In this document: positions 27,245 to 37,273 of the stretch, piece by piece
How positions within the stretch are numbered: position 1 is the stretch's first letter
Layout: the number at the start of each line of letters is the position of its first letter
Assembly (NCBI GenBank): GCA_038060895.1
Contig: JBBTCT010000009.1
Coordinates: forward strand, 400,082-464,081
Origin: Planctomycetota bacterium
GTDB taxonomy: Bacteria > Planctomycetota > MHYJ01 > WSZJ01
DNA length: 64,000 nucleotides
Direction of reading: 5' to 3'
Notes under the pieces: generated by a model
Database searches by the model: none
Seen by the model: the letters and a program-made list of their open reading frames with translations, nothing else
Told to the model about the DNA's origin: nothing
Translations under genes and position numbers: made by a program

Positions 27245-29331
27245 AGGCTCTTCCGCTTCTGTTCACGGTGCTCGCCGCCGTTACCACGGCGGCCGAGGAA
27301 CCTGCAACCGCAAAGGACCGCGCCATTGCTGCGACGGCGCTGTTGAAGCCGATCGAGCGCGGAAGCACAAAGGTGGGACTGGCCTTCCTCGTCAGGAAGG
27401 ACGGCGAGACCGGCTGGCTGCTGACGCGCGACGAAATCGTGGGAACCGCATCTCGGGTGGAAGTGGTGCTCTGGCCGGGGACTCCTGCGGAGAAGATCGT
27501 GAAAGGGGACGTGGTGTGCGCGGGGGTTGGGTACGGCACGGTGAAAGTGACGGGAGTCGCGGGGCTTCCCGATCCGATGAACGTGCTGGCCGAAGTGAAA
27601 CCGCGGGACAAGGGCGAAGTGCTGGTCGCCGGATTCCCGGAGATCGGCCCGGCGAACGCCCCTGCGGGGGCGGCCCGCGCGCTGAAAGCGACCGTAACCG
27701 TCATGAACAAAAAGGACGCCTTCTGGGGGCCGGTTACGGAGTACAAGCTCGCAGGTGAATTTGCCCTCGGAGACCGGGGCGGCGCCATCATCGACAGCTC
27801 GGGAAAGGCCATCGGCCTGCTTTCCCTGGACAGCTCATCCCCTCCCGCCGGAAGAATCGTCCCCAACGACACGCTGCAGGCCTGGGCGGGCGGTTCCTGG
27901 GCCGAATTCACGGTTTCCACGAAATCCGTCACGGATTCCAAGGCACGAGTGGACATTGCCGTCACCATTTTCTCGCCGCTGGGCCCTCCAAAGTCGGCGT
28001 CCATCTCCTGGGCGCGCGCCGAACGGCTCAAAAAAGTCCCAAACGTGCTGAAGCGCGACGGCGAATGGGAGAAGGTCCATCCCGACGCCCGGGACAGCGC
28101 CCTTGCCATCTCCGGAACGAGGGGCACCGTCAGCATTGATTTTGAGCGATTCAAGAAGGACGAGGCGAAAGGGACGCTGAGTTTCCAATTCAAGATCGTC
28201 GGCCCGGACGGGAAGGCAAAGTGGTGCCAACCCGCCGGCATCGACGTGCTGTTCGAGGCCGACCAGGTGGTCAAGTCCAGGAACTCGAACAGCATGCTGG
28301 TCCACGTCCGCGAAGAGCCGCTTCCCCCGGCGCCCGGAATGACGCCGCTGGTGACTTCGGAGACATTTGAAGTCAAAGAGCGGCTTCGGCGCGGGTCGTG
28401 CCTGGAGGACCTTCACCTGTCGCCGGACGGGGCAGAGCTGGCGGTCCTCGACCTGTCTGAGGGAAAGATCCTGCGCATCCACGCGGCGGACCTCACGGTA
28501 CTGGCGGAGGCCAAGCCGGAAGGGCGCGTCGCGGGCATTTCAGTCACCCCGGACTGGAAGTCGGTCTGGGTCGTGTCCCAGGTCGCGCTTTTCAACAAGG
28601 AAGGAAGGGTCGAGTGGGCAGGGCAGGTTGTGCGGTACAGCTGGCCGGACCTGGCGGCCGGCCCGGCCGTCGGGATCATCGGAACGCCTCGCGAGGTCGC
28701 CGCCACCGATGCGGGCTTCCTGGCCGTGGCGACCATTAATGGCCACGTCGTGATGTTCGACGGGGCAAAGGGCACCGACGTCGGGCGGACATCCTCTGGC
28801 GGCCAGGGATTGCTCCTGCATCCGAACCAGCGCGTTGTCTACTGCGCCCAGGTTGAATACGTCACGACCCGTGGCCTTCCCATGAAACCAATTCCCTCCG
28901 GTAACGATCCGCGATGGGAGGTTCGCGGCCCTTCCGGCTTCGCCGGCAACGTCGCTGCCGAGGCGGCACTGTCGTCAGACGGGCGCTGGATTCTCCAACC
29001 GTGGGGAGAGGTGTTTTCCATCGAAGAAGCGGATTCGCGGACGGATTTTCTGAAAAAGTACAGCATCGACCCGTGCCTGTCGTTTGCGGTCGGAAACGGC
29101 TGCAACACGTTTTACTCTTCCACGACTGAAGGCACTTTGCGCGAGTACGAGTTCGGCCGGTTCGTGCTGAAACGGGAGATTCCGATCGGGCTTGTCCTGA
29201 GGCAGATGGCGATCGACCCGGCGAAGAAGCGTCTCTACGGCGTCGCGGTCAAATGGGGGAACGACAACCCGACCGTCCGGCGAGGCGGTTTCGTGAGCGA
29301 GCTGGTCGCGATCGACCTGGAGAAGAAATGA
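27241..29331 (+). CDS. Secreted trypsin-like pseudo-protease plus beta-propeller (type B, triad lost)
   Basis: LLTRDEIV, GYGTV and GDRGGA at the triad positions; LAVLDLSEGKILRI, DPAKKRLY; GTGA coupling. Confidence 0.75.
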   Translation: MKALPLLFTVLAAVTTAAEEPATAKDRAIAATALLKPIERGSTKVGLAFLVRKDGETGWLLTRDEIVGTASRVEVVLWPGTPAEKIVKGDVVCAGVGYGTVKVTGVAGLPDPMNVLAEVKPRDKGEVLVAGFPEIGPANAPAGAARALKATVTVMNKKDAFWGPVTEYKLAGEFALGDRGGAIIDSSGKAIGLLSLDSSSPPAGRIVPNDTLQAWAGGSWAEFTVSTKSVTDSKARVDIAVTIFSPLGPPKSASISWARAERLKKVPNVLKRDGEWEKVHPDARDSALAISGTRGTVSIDFERFKKDEAKGTLSFQFKIVGPDGKAKWCQPAGIDVLFEADQVVKSRNSNSMLVHVREEPLPPAPGMTPLVTSETFEVKERLRRGSCLEDLHLSPDGAELAVLDLSEGKILRIHAADLTVLAEAKPEGRVAGISVTPDWKSVWVVSQVALFNKEGRVEWAGQVVRYSWPDLAAGPAVGIIGTPREVAATDAGFLAVATINGHVVMFDGAKGTDVGRTSSGGQGLLLHPNQRVVYCAQVEYVTTRGLPMKPIPSGNDPRWEVRGPSGFAGNVAAEAALSSDGRWILQPWGEVFSIEEADSRTDFLKKYSIDPCLSFAVGNGCNTFYSSTTEGTLREYEFGRFVLKREIPIGLVLRQMAIDPAKKRLYGVAVKWGNDNPTVRRGGFVSELVAIDLEKK

Positions 29332-30617
29332 ACCGTCCCGCGAACCTCTGGGTGATGGCGCTCGTTCTGTCTCCGGCGCTGGCGTGCGCCGAGTCGGCGG
29401 AAGCGAAGCCGGAGCTCAAGATCGGTTTCAAGGTCGACGTGACCCAGGTCGGTTGGGCGGTGGACGAAGGGTTCACGTTCGAAAGCAGCCTCGGCAAGCA
29501 CGAGGTGAAGTGGGCCCTGATGAGCGGCGTCGTGCCGGGGAAGGACGGGATGTGGTCCCTCACCATGAAGGACCAGACCAGGGTCGCGGGCAAGGTGCTC
29601 GGGGAGACATTCAAAATCCGGAAGGCCGGCGGGACGGAGAAGACGTTCGCGTGGTCCGACCTCACCGGCCTGATCGTGCGGATGGTGAAGGAGCCCTCAC
29701 CGGACGACACGGCGCCTGTTCTCGCGAGCTACCCGGGCGCCGTGACGTGCGGCGGATTTGCCCTGTGCGGAGGAGGAATCCTCGCCGTAGCGGACCGTGC
29801 GGGTCTTGTCGTCCTTTTCATCGACTCCGCGACGATGAAGGAAGTCTCGAGTCTCAAACTCGACGGTGAGCCGCGAGCACTGGCAACGACGCCTGGCGGA
29901 AAGGTGGTTATTTCGGCCAACAATTCGGTCACCTGGGCGGATCCCGCCACCGGCGCGCTGATCAAGACCGTAGCCGCAGGAGTTCAGGGTCCCTGGCTTG
30001 TGGCGCCGACCGAGGAGGATGCGATTCTCACGGACGGCCAGCAGACCGTCGTTGTCTCCTCAGGGCGGGAGAAGGTGATCTTCCAGGACCGTGTCGCGTC
30101 TCACCGCGTGCTTCTTGCTCCTTCCTGCGACCGGATTCTCTCGGGGGCGGGACTTCTGCGCTTCGACCCGCTCGCGGACGGCGTCAAGCGCCCGATTCTC
30201 CACGGCATGCCGTTCGAGAGCGGGGCAGTCTCGACCTCGAGCGCTTTTCTCATCGGCGACAAGTACGTCGTTTTCGCCGCGGGCGGCGTTTATCGCCTCG
30301 GCTGTGGCGCCGGCGCAGCCTTGTCGCTGGTCACGCGAATTCCACCCCACCTGACAGGCACATCCGTCCGTGGAGGCAACACCTTCGCCGTATTCGACGG
30401 CAGCCTGACGGTGACGGTGATCGAGGTCGAGACCTGGAAGGTGCTCCGCAGGGCCCAGTCCGGCGTAAGTGTCTTCGCGGCGCAGCCGTCCATCGATGGC
30501 AAGAGTGCCTGCCTGCTCGGGATCCGGGATAAGTTGAACCCGCCGTTGGATCCTGCGGGCTACTTCACGGGCAAGGGCAGGGCAGCGGCGATCGTCAAAC
30601 TGTCTCTCGAGGAATGA
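29328..30617 (+). CDS. Secreted beta-propeller protein (type A paralog)
   Basis: ATGA coupling; signal peptide; LAVADRAGLVVLFIDSATMKEV propeller blades. Confidence 0.7.
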   Translation: MNRPANLWVMALVLSPALACAESAEAKPELKIGFKVDVTQVGWAVDEGFTFESSLGKHEVKWALMSGVVPGKDGMWSLTMKDQTRVAGKVLGETFKIRKAGGTEKTFAWSDLTGLIVRMVKEPSPDDTAPVLASYPGAVTCGGFALCGGGILAVADRAGLVVLFIDSATMKEVSSLKLDGEPRALATTPGGKVVISANNSVTWADPATGALIKTVAAGVQGPWLVAPTEEDAILTDGQQTVVVSSGREKVIFQDRVASHRVLLAPSCDRILSGAGLLRFDPLADGVKRPILHGMPFESGAVSTSSAFLIGDKYVVFAAGGVYRLGCGAGAALSLVTRIPPHLTGTSVRGGNTFAVFDGSLTVTVIEVETWKVLRRAQSGVSVFAAQPSIDGKSACLLGIRDKLNPPLDPAGYFTGKGRAAAIVKLSLEE

Positions 30618-30658
30618 GCGGGCCGTCGTCGCAGGGGCGCAGCAGGTAAGATGCCGCC

Positions 30659-32689
30659 ATGCCCAGCCTTCGTGTTGCCTTGGCGACTCTGTTGCCAGCC
30701 GCGCTCGCGTGTGGCGGGTGCGTGTCCGGCACGGGAGATGCCGGTCGAGGACTGTCAGCGGACGCGATTGAGCGCTTGAAGTCGGCGACAGCGCTCGTTC
30801 GCGCTGACGCCGGGCCGTGGCAGGGATCGGCCACACTCTTCCGGGTGGACGGCGAAACCGGCTACCTGCTCGCGTGGTCACAGCCGTTTCAGCGCTCCGG
30901 CCCCATCCGCGTGTTCTTCGACGCAGGGACGTCTCTTCAGCGCTCCTATGAAGGCACGGTCCTCTCCGTGGACCCCGGGCGGGAGCTGGCATGCCTTCGA
31001 GTGAATGGGAAGGGACTTCCGCAGCCGCTGGAGCTTGGCGAGGACCTGGGCGTCTCGGAGACGGCCGAAGTCTTTGCCGCGGTCTACTCGCCATGGGGCT
31101 CTTCCTTGCCCCCGACAGGGCCGGCGATCTGGATTCCCCGGCTATCCGTGACGTCGCTGACCCGCGGAGCCGGAGGCGAGGTGACGCGGTTGCGGCTGAG
31201 CGGCGACGTTCCCCAGGGCGCTTCGGGCGGACCTGTTGTGGGTTCCGACCTGAAAGTTCGAGGGATTCTGGGGCAACAGCTGCCCGGTGCGGCCGGAGCT
31301 GTTGCCTGCGGGGAATTTTCCGGCTTTTTGCGCGGCCATTTGCGTGACCTGAAGGTCGAGGTATCACCCGCCACGGACGAAAAGGTGAAGCTCGAAATCG
31401 AGGCGAGGGTGTCGGATCCGATGAGCGAGTTTCACGCCGCCGGAATCGCCTGGACGCGGAAGGATCACACCGGCGGCGCGACGGCCGAAACAGGGCTGGA
31501 AGTCGCTCGTGCGACGGGCGTGGCGCGCGCGACGGTCGAACTCTCCGCAGGACCCGGCGACGGCATCGTGATCTATGCGTTTCAACCATGGTGGACGCTC
31601 AAGGACGGAACCCGCGTCCAGGGCGCGCCGCTCGACGTCGCCGTGGACTTCGGAAATGAAGAAGCTCCGGAAGCGGAGAAACTTCCCGAGCTGCAGACGG
31701 GCGACACGATTCGTCCGATCTCCCGGCTGTCCAAACAGACGTCGCTTCAGGGGTTATGGCTCATGCGAGACCGTGCCAGCCTCTGTGTCCTGAACCTCTC
31801 CGACGGTCGCGTTCTTCGCGTGCGCGCTTCGGATCTCGCCGTCACGGGAGGCGTGGATGTTTCCGGCGGAGTGGTGGCCATGACGCTCGACCCGGCCGAA
31901 TCGATGCTTTTCGTAGCCGCCCGCGACCTCGAAATGCGCGACGTGGACGGGCACTTCGGCGGCCTTGTGCATGTCATCCGGCTATCCGACCTCCAGCTGC
32001 TGCGCACGTTGAAATTTGCGGGCGACCCCGGTTCGATCGCCGCGACAGACGCGGGCGTGATCGCGGTCGGCACGCGGGGGCAGCGGCCCGGCGTTTTCGT
32101 CCTCGATTCCGCGGGAAAGGAACCGGCATTGAAGGCCCTGTCTTCCTGCACGGGATGGTTCGTCCGGCTGCATCCGCGCCAGGTACGGATCTACGCGGGC
32201 AACAGCGGCGTTTCCCCGGGGGACTTCTTCTGCGTTCATCTCCGACAGGCCGCCGGAGCGACCGGCGACCTGTTCAGCTACGACTCCCCGTACCACGGCC
32301 AGCTGGAGCTCGGCGGAGACTGTGCGATTTCCCCGGATGGCCGATTCCTGGCCGGCAATGGCGGGCCCGTCCTGGGTCTCGCACGCCGGCGCGATGCCGA
32401 CCTCCTGAAGGTCGCAGCGACGGAACGCTGGACGGCAGCCGCGTTTGTGCCGTCGAAAGGATCCTTTTTTATCGCCACGCCGGAAGGATTCCTGAAGCAG
32501 TACTCGTCGCCCGGATTCGAGCTTCGGAAGTCATGGAAAACCGGGGAACTCTGCCTCGAGCTGGCCGTCGATCCTGAGACGGCGCGCATCTTCGCGCTGA
32601 TCGATTCCTCGCCGGCCGGCCAGCGTCGATCGGAAGATTGGAACCGGCCGCTGACGGACATCCGGTCCTGGTCCATCGAGGCCAAATGA
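30659..32689 (+). CDS. Secreted or lipoprotein trypsin-like pseudo-protease plus beta-propeller (type B, His and Asp lost)
   Basis: YLLAWSQPF, GRELACL, QGASGGP; LCVLNLSDGRVLRV, SPDGRFL, EGFLKQY. Confidence 0.75.
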   Translation: MPSLRVALATLLPAALACGGCVSGTGDAGRGLSADAIERLKSATALVRADAGPWQGSATLFRVDGETGYLLAWSQPFQRSGPIRVFFDAGTSLQRSYEGTVLSVDPGRELACLRVNGKGLPQPLELGEDLGVSETAEVFAAVYSPWGSSLPPTGPAIWIPRLSVTSLTRGAGGEVTRLRLSGDVPQGASGGPVVGSDLKVRGILGQQLPGAAGAVACGEFSGFLRGHLRDLKVEVSPATDEKVKLEIEARVSDPMSEFHAAGIAWTRKDHTGGATAETGLEVARATGVARATVELSAGPGDGIVIYAFQPWWTLKDGTRVQGAPLDVAVDFGNEEAPEAEKLPELQTGDTIRPISRLSKQTSLQGLWLMRDRASLCVLNLSDGRVLRVRASDLAVTGGVDVSGGVVAMTLDPAESMLFVAARDLEMRDVDGHFGGLVHVIRLSDLQLLRTLKFAGDPGSIAATDAGVIAVGTRGQRPGVFVLDSAGKEPALKALSSCTGWFVRLHPRQVRIYAGNSGVSPGDFFCVHLRQAAGATGDLFSYDSPYHGQLELGGDCAISPDGRFLAGNGGPVLGLARRRDADLLKVAATERWTAAAFVPSKGSFFIATPEGFLKQYSSPGFELRKSWKTGELCLELAVDPETARIFALIDSSPAGQRRSEDWNRPLTDIRSWSIEAK

Positions 32690-33957
32690 AGCGTCTCACG
32701 ATGACAGCGGCATGGGTCCTGTCGGCGATGTCAGCGCCGGCTGAGCCGAGGACCGTCCTGGTAACGACGACGGACGATCGCGAGTTCTCAGGATCCGTCG
32801 ACATCGAGAGCCTGAAGGTCAGGACTTCCAGGGCCGTATTCACTTTCAGAATCGGCGATATCGCCGAAATTCGCTTCAAGCCCGGAGAGCCTACTCTTGT
32901 GCTCCTCGACGGCCGCCAGTACGACGGAAAGATCCAGGTCGATGCCTGGGTGATCAAGAATGCCCTGGGTGAAGTCAACCTGCAGAGCGCGGGGTTGAAG
33001 TCGGTTCGCGTTCTTCCCGTCCTGAACGCCCGCGGAAAGCCGGCCGAAAGCATCGATGCGGCAGGATTCCGGCGGTTGGGCGTCTGCGTGGCGGGCAGGC
33101 CCGCTTTCCGCCCGGGAGGGGAATCTCTCGTCCTCCTCAACGCAACCGATGGCACCCTCATGCAGGTGTCCGCGAAAGACCTGACGACGAAATCCTCCGT
33201 GAAGCTGCCCGAGGGAAGCCTCGTACTCGCCCTGACGCCGAAGGGAGACCTCGCTGCCGTTGCTTCCGGAAAGTCGATCACCCTGGTGGACCTTGAGAAA
33301 GCTGAAGTTGTGAAGACGTTTGAAATCGAGAAGCCGATTGCGGACCTGGTGGCCCTCGATGGAGAAACGCTGGTGGCTTCCAGCGATCAGGGGATTCTCG
33401 TCATTTCCGCAGCGCGGCAGTCGGTTGTCCGGCATCTGCATGCTGATGGCGGGTTCTTTCTCCCCGTTCCGGGCGGAGGGAAAATCTACGGGGCAAGGCA
33501 CGCCTTCGCCCTTCCGGCAAACTCGCCCGCCCGAGCGGAGGACTTCACTCCGGCTCCCTGGTCCCTGAACTCCGAACTCCGGCCGGAGAAGTACTCCATT
33601 TCGCCCGACGGCCGCCTGGCGGTCGGTCAGGACGGATCCGTCCTCCGGACCGCAAACAGTCACCGCGCGGACCTCGCTTTCGTCGGGAAGATCTCTCCGC
33701 ACCTCTGCAGCGCCGTGTTTCCCGGCCTGAAGCGCCTCATCGCCTTCACGGCGGCGGGCGAGGCGCTCGTGTACGAACTTCCTGCCCTCGAGTTGAAGGC
33801 GAACCGGAAGCTCGGCCGAACGGTGTCGTTCGCAATCCCCGACGAGCGCCGGAAGGCCATCTTCGGCTGGTCCCTTTCGGGCGAGTCCAGGCCGACGGAC
33901 CCGTCCACACGCGTCTCGCCGCTCGGCGACTTGATCGTGCTGCCGATTCCGGAATAG
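32686..33957 (+). CDS. Secreted beta-propeller protein (type A paralog)
   Basis: ATGA coupling; TTDDREFSGSVDIESLKV aligns with TTEGSQLTGTVDLEKLTV of 23743..25059; KTFEIEK vs KAFQIEH. Confidence 0.75.
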   Translation: MKRLTMTAAWVLSAMSAPAEPRTVLVTTTDDREFSGSVDIESLKVRTSRAVFTFRIGDIAEIRFKPGEPTLVLLDGRQYDGKIQVDAWVIKNALGEVNLQSAGLKSVRVLPVLNARGKPAESIDAAGFRRLGVCVAGRPAFRPGGESLVLLNATDGTLMQVSAKDLTTKSSVKLPEGSLVLALTPKGDLAAVASGKSITLVDLEKAEVVKTFEIEKPIADLVALDGETLVASSDQGILVISAARQSVVRHLHADGGFFLPVPGGGKIYGARHAFALPANSPARAEDFTPAPWSLNSELRPEKYSISPDGRLAVGQDGSVLRTANSHRADLAFVGKISPHLCSAVFPGLKRLIAFTAAGEALVYELPALELKANRKLGRTVSFAIPDERRKAIFGWSLSGESRPTDPSTRVSPLGDLIVLPIPE

Positions 33958-33996
33958 CTTCCCGCTAACGCCACCCCATTCCCACTTCATGTCTTC

Positions 33997-34025
33997 TTGA
34001 CTCTCACGTGAAGCGCCCCTAATCT
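33997..34025 (+). promoter_or_regulatory. Sigma70 promoter, probably giving a leaderless rdgB-guaB mRNA
   Basis: TTGACT-N17-TAATCT-N6-ATG, no SD. Confidence 0.65.
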
Positions 34026-34031
34026 CAGCGG

Positions 34032-36080
34032 ATGGAAGTCCTCGTCGGCACGAAAAACGCGCACAAGCTGGAAGAGATCGCTGAAATCCTGCGCGACGCC
34101 GGCCTCACCCTCGCCCCGCTTCCCTCCACGGCTCCCGAGGTTGACGAAACGGGCGCCACATTCGAATCCAACGCGGCGCTGAAGGCGCTGGCCTGGGCGC
34201 GGCATTTCAATGCGCTGGTGCTTGCAGACGACTCCGGGCTGGAGGTCGATGCGCTGGGCGGCCGGCCCGGGGTGATCAGCGCGCGGTATGCCGGGCCGAT
34301 ACCGGACGCGAAACGGAACATGGAAAAGGTGCTCGCGGAGCTCAGCGGGGTCCCTCCGGAACACAGGTCGGCGCGCTTCCGCTGCGCCGTCGCCGTCGCG
34401 GACCCCACGGGAGTCCGCTGGCGCGCATCGGCCGTCTGCGAAGGGCGCATTCTCGACGCGCCTCGCGGCGCCGGCGGATTCGGGTACGACCCGATCTTCT
34501 TCGTTTCCGAGCTCGGAAAGACGTTCGGCGAGGCCGGATCAGCTGAAAAAAACGCGCTCTCCCATCGCGGGAAGGCGCTTCTGGACCTGAAGCGACAGAT
34601 GACGGAGGGGGCCGTGGACAAGTTCGCGGGCGATGGGATCACGTTCGACGACGTGCTGATCGTTCCCGGGCGGAGCGACATCGTTCCGCGGGAAGCGGAC
34701 ACGCGGACGGCGCTGTGCCGCGGGATCACGCTGAACATTCCGCTGCTGTCGAGCGCGATGGACACGGTGACCGAGGGGCGGCTGGCGATCGCGCTCGCGT
34801 CGGAGGGCGGGATAGGGATCATCCACAAAAACATGAGCGCGGAGGAGCAGGCGCGCGAGGTCTTCAAGGTCAAGCGGAGCGAGAACGGGGTGATCAATGA
34901 CCCGGTGACGCTTCCGCCGTCGGCGACGGTCGGGGACGCGAACCGGGTGATGGAAGAGCATCACGTGAACGGGATCCCGATCGTGGACAAGGACGGAAAG
35001 CTCGCGGGAATCCTGACTCATCGGGACCTGCGCTTCCTGAGAAGTGAGAAGACTCCGATTGCGGACGTGATGACGAAGGACAAGCTGGTGACGGCTGCGC
35101 CGGGGACGACGCTGGAGCAGGCGCGGGACATCCTGTTCCGGGCGAAGGTGGAGAAGCTGCTGATCGTGGACCGTGACGGAAAGCTGCGCGGGCTGATCAC
35201 GATGCGGGACATCAACAAGCTGGAGCAGTTCCCGATGTCCTGCCGGGATGAGCGTGGCCGGTTGAGAGTCGGCGCGGCGGTCGGCGTGAACGACTTCGAG
35301 CGGGTCGAGAGGCTCGTGAAATCGGACGTGGACGTGCTCGTGGTGGACACGGCGCACGGGCACACGAAAAACGTGATCGACACGGTGCGGGAGATCCGGA
35401 AGCGGTTTCGGGTGCCTGTGATTGCGGGGAACATTGCGACGGCGGAAGCGGCGCGGGATCTGATCGAAGCGGGAGCGGACGCGCTGAAGGTCGGGATCGG
35501 GCCGGGGGCGATCTGCACGACGCGGATCGTGGCAGGTGCCGGGGTGCCGCAGATCACGGCGATCATGGATGTCGCGAAGGTGGCGAACGCCGCGCGCATC
35601 CCGATCATCAGCGACGGCGGCATCAAGCACTCCGGCGATATCACCAAGGCGATCGCCGCGGGCGCGAGCGCCGTCATGATCGGGAGCCTTTTTGCGGCGA
35701 CTACGGAAGCGCCGGGCGAACTGGTGATCTTCAAGGGCCGCCAGTACAAGACGTACCGCGGCATGGGATCTCTCGGCGCGATGATCAAAGGCGGCAAGGA
35801 GCGCTACGGACAGAAGGAAGTCTCCCAGGCGGACAAGCTGGTTCCCGAAGGAGTGGAAGGGCGGGTGCCCTTCCGCGGGCCGCTTTCCGAGTACGTCTAC
35901 CAGCTTGTGGGCGGACTGCGTGCCGGCATGGGGTACGCGGGCGCGAAGACGATCGACGACCTGCGCAGCAAGGCGAGATTCATCCGCATTACCGCCGCCG
36001 GCGTCCGCGAGAGCCATCCGCACGACATCGTGATCACGAAGGAAGCTCCGAACTACTGGGTGGAGACCAACGAGGCGTAA
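34032..36080 (+). CDS. rdgB-guaB: Fusion: RdgB/HAM1 non-canonical purine NTP pyrophosphatase plus IMP dehydrogenase with CBS pair
   Basis: RdgB: [38 protein letters not shown]. GuaB: [41 protein letters not shown]. No stop between domains. Confidence 0.93.
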   Translation: MEVLVGTKNAHKLEEIAEILRDAGLTLAPLPSTAPEVDETGATFESNAALKALAWARHFNALVLADDSGLEVDALGGRPGVISARYAGPIPDAKRNMEKVLAELSGVPPEHRSARFRCAVAVADPTGVRWRASAVCEGRILDAPRGAGGFGYDPIFFVSELGKTFGEAGSAEKNALSHRGKALLDLKRQMTEGAVDKFAGDGITFDDVLIVPGRSDIVPREADTRTALCRGITLNIPLLSSAMDTVTEGRLAIALASEGGIGIIHKNMSAEEQAREVFKVKRSENGVINDPVTLPPSATVGDANRVMEEHHVNGIPIVDKDGKLAGILTHRDLRFLRSEKTPIADVMTKDKLVTAAPGTTLEQARDILFRAKVEKLLIVDRDGKLRGLITMRDINKLEQFPMSCRDERGRLRVGAAVGVNDFERVERLVKSDVDVLVVDTAHGHTKNVIDTVREIRKRFRVPVIAGNIATAEAARDLIEAGADALKVGIGPGAICTTRIVAGAGVPQITAIMDVAKVANAARIPIISDGGIKHSGDITKAIAAGASAVMIGSLFAATTEAPGELVIFKGRQYKTYRGMGSLGAMIKGGKERYGQKEVSQADKLVPEGVEGRVPFRGPLSEYVYQLVGGLRAGMGYAGAKTIDDLRSKARFIRITAAGVRESHPHDIVITKEAPNYWVETNEA

Positions 36081-36602
36081 ATGAAGCGGTTACCGATTCT
36101 GGCTCTCGTCGTCGCCGCCGGCTGTGCGGGAACCGCGAAAGAGGTAGAGGAGAGCCGGAGCCTGATGACGAGCGACGGGCACGCCTCCTTCGTCCTGCCC
36201 GCCGGTTGGCAGGGCGCCGGCAAGGGCGAGGCGACCCAGGAGTGGCAGCTGCTGCGCGGCGAAGCGGTCGTCGCGACCCTTGAAGTGATTTTCATCGCGG
36301 ACTACGCGGACTTTTTCCGTCGCCCGGACGACCTGGCCTACATGGTGGGGAAGGACGACCCGACCCGTGAATACGAGGTCGTCGCGGCGGGGAAGACTGG
36401 GACGCAGGGCGGGCCGGCGGTGACGGTGCGGTACAGGATGGGGCATGGAGCGACAAGCGTCACCGGGACGAATCTCTTCGTCCTCACGCCCGAGGGGGCG
36501 GTTCAGTTCAAACTCGTTTACTGGATGGGCGAGCCGGCGCAGGACGTGGAGTCCGAGGGAGAGGGCATTCTCTCCAGCGTGCGGGTGCTGGAAATCCAGT
36601 AG
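36081..36602 (+). CDS. Hypothetical lipoprotein
   Basis: Lipobox AAG-C; starts immediately after the guaB stop. Confidence 0.7.
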   Translation: MKRLPILALVVAAGCAGTAKEVEESRSLMTSDGHASFVLPAGWQGAGKGEATQEWQLLRGEAVVATLEVIFIADYADFFRRPDDLAYMVGKDDPTREYEVVAAGKTGTQGGPAVTVRYRMGHGATSVTGTNLFVLTPEGAVQFKLVYWMGEPAQDVESEGEGILSSVRVLEIQ

Positions 36603-36655
36603 GGCGGCCGCAGCGGCTTCCCCGTTGCCGTGCGCGCCCTTCAACCGTTAGCCTC

Positions 36656-37273
36656 GTGCGCGTGCCCTTCTCCCCCAGGCTGGTCCGCGCGACCTACGAC
36701 CGCCGTGCTCCGATCTACGACGCCGTCGTGCAGGCGCTGGCGCTCGGGAGGGACCGGTCGTACCGGCGCCGCGCGCTTGCGGCGCTTGCCGCGCGGCCGG
36801 GGGACCGTGTGCTGGACGCCGGCTGCGGAACGGGGAGGAATTTCCCGTTGCTGGCGGTGGCCGGCGTCACTGCGTTCGAGGGGTGCGACCTCTCCGCACG
36901 GTCACTCGCGAAAGCCGCGCTCCGCGGCGCCCGCGTCGCGCAGGCCGATGCCGAGCAGCTTCCGTACCGGGACGCATCGTTCGACCGCGTCCTCTCGACG
37001 TACGTCCTGACCTCGGTCGCGAACTGGCGGCGCGCGCTCGAGGAACTGGTTCGCGTCCTCAAGCCCGGCGGCCGCCTCGTCGTCTCCGACGACCGTCTGC
37101 CTCCCGGCTGGTTCCTCGGCCCGTGCCCGATGCTGGGGATGCTCCGGCGCGAAGGCTGGGTGGACATGCACCGGGACGTCAAGGCCGAGATGGAGAAGCG
37201 TCTTCGCGGCGTCGAACTGCGCTTTCTTCACCTGCGGATGATTTACGTGATTTCCGGGGAGAAGGCGGCATGA
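36656..37273 (+). CDS. Class I SAM-dependent methyltransferase (UbiE-like)
   Basis: VLDAGCGTG, ADAEQLPY.DASFD, RVLKPGGRL; the start may be GTG 36662. Confidence 0.88.
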   Translation: MRVPFSPRLVRATYDRRAPIYDAVVQALALGRDRSYRRRALAALAARPGDRVLDAGCGTGRNFPLLAVAGVTAFEGCDLSARSLAKAALRGARVAQADAEQLPYRDASFDRVLSTYVLTSVANWRRALEELVRVLKPGGRLVVSDDRLPPGWFLGPCPMLGMLRREGWVDMHRDVKAEMEKRLRGVELRFLHLRMIYVISGEKAA

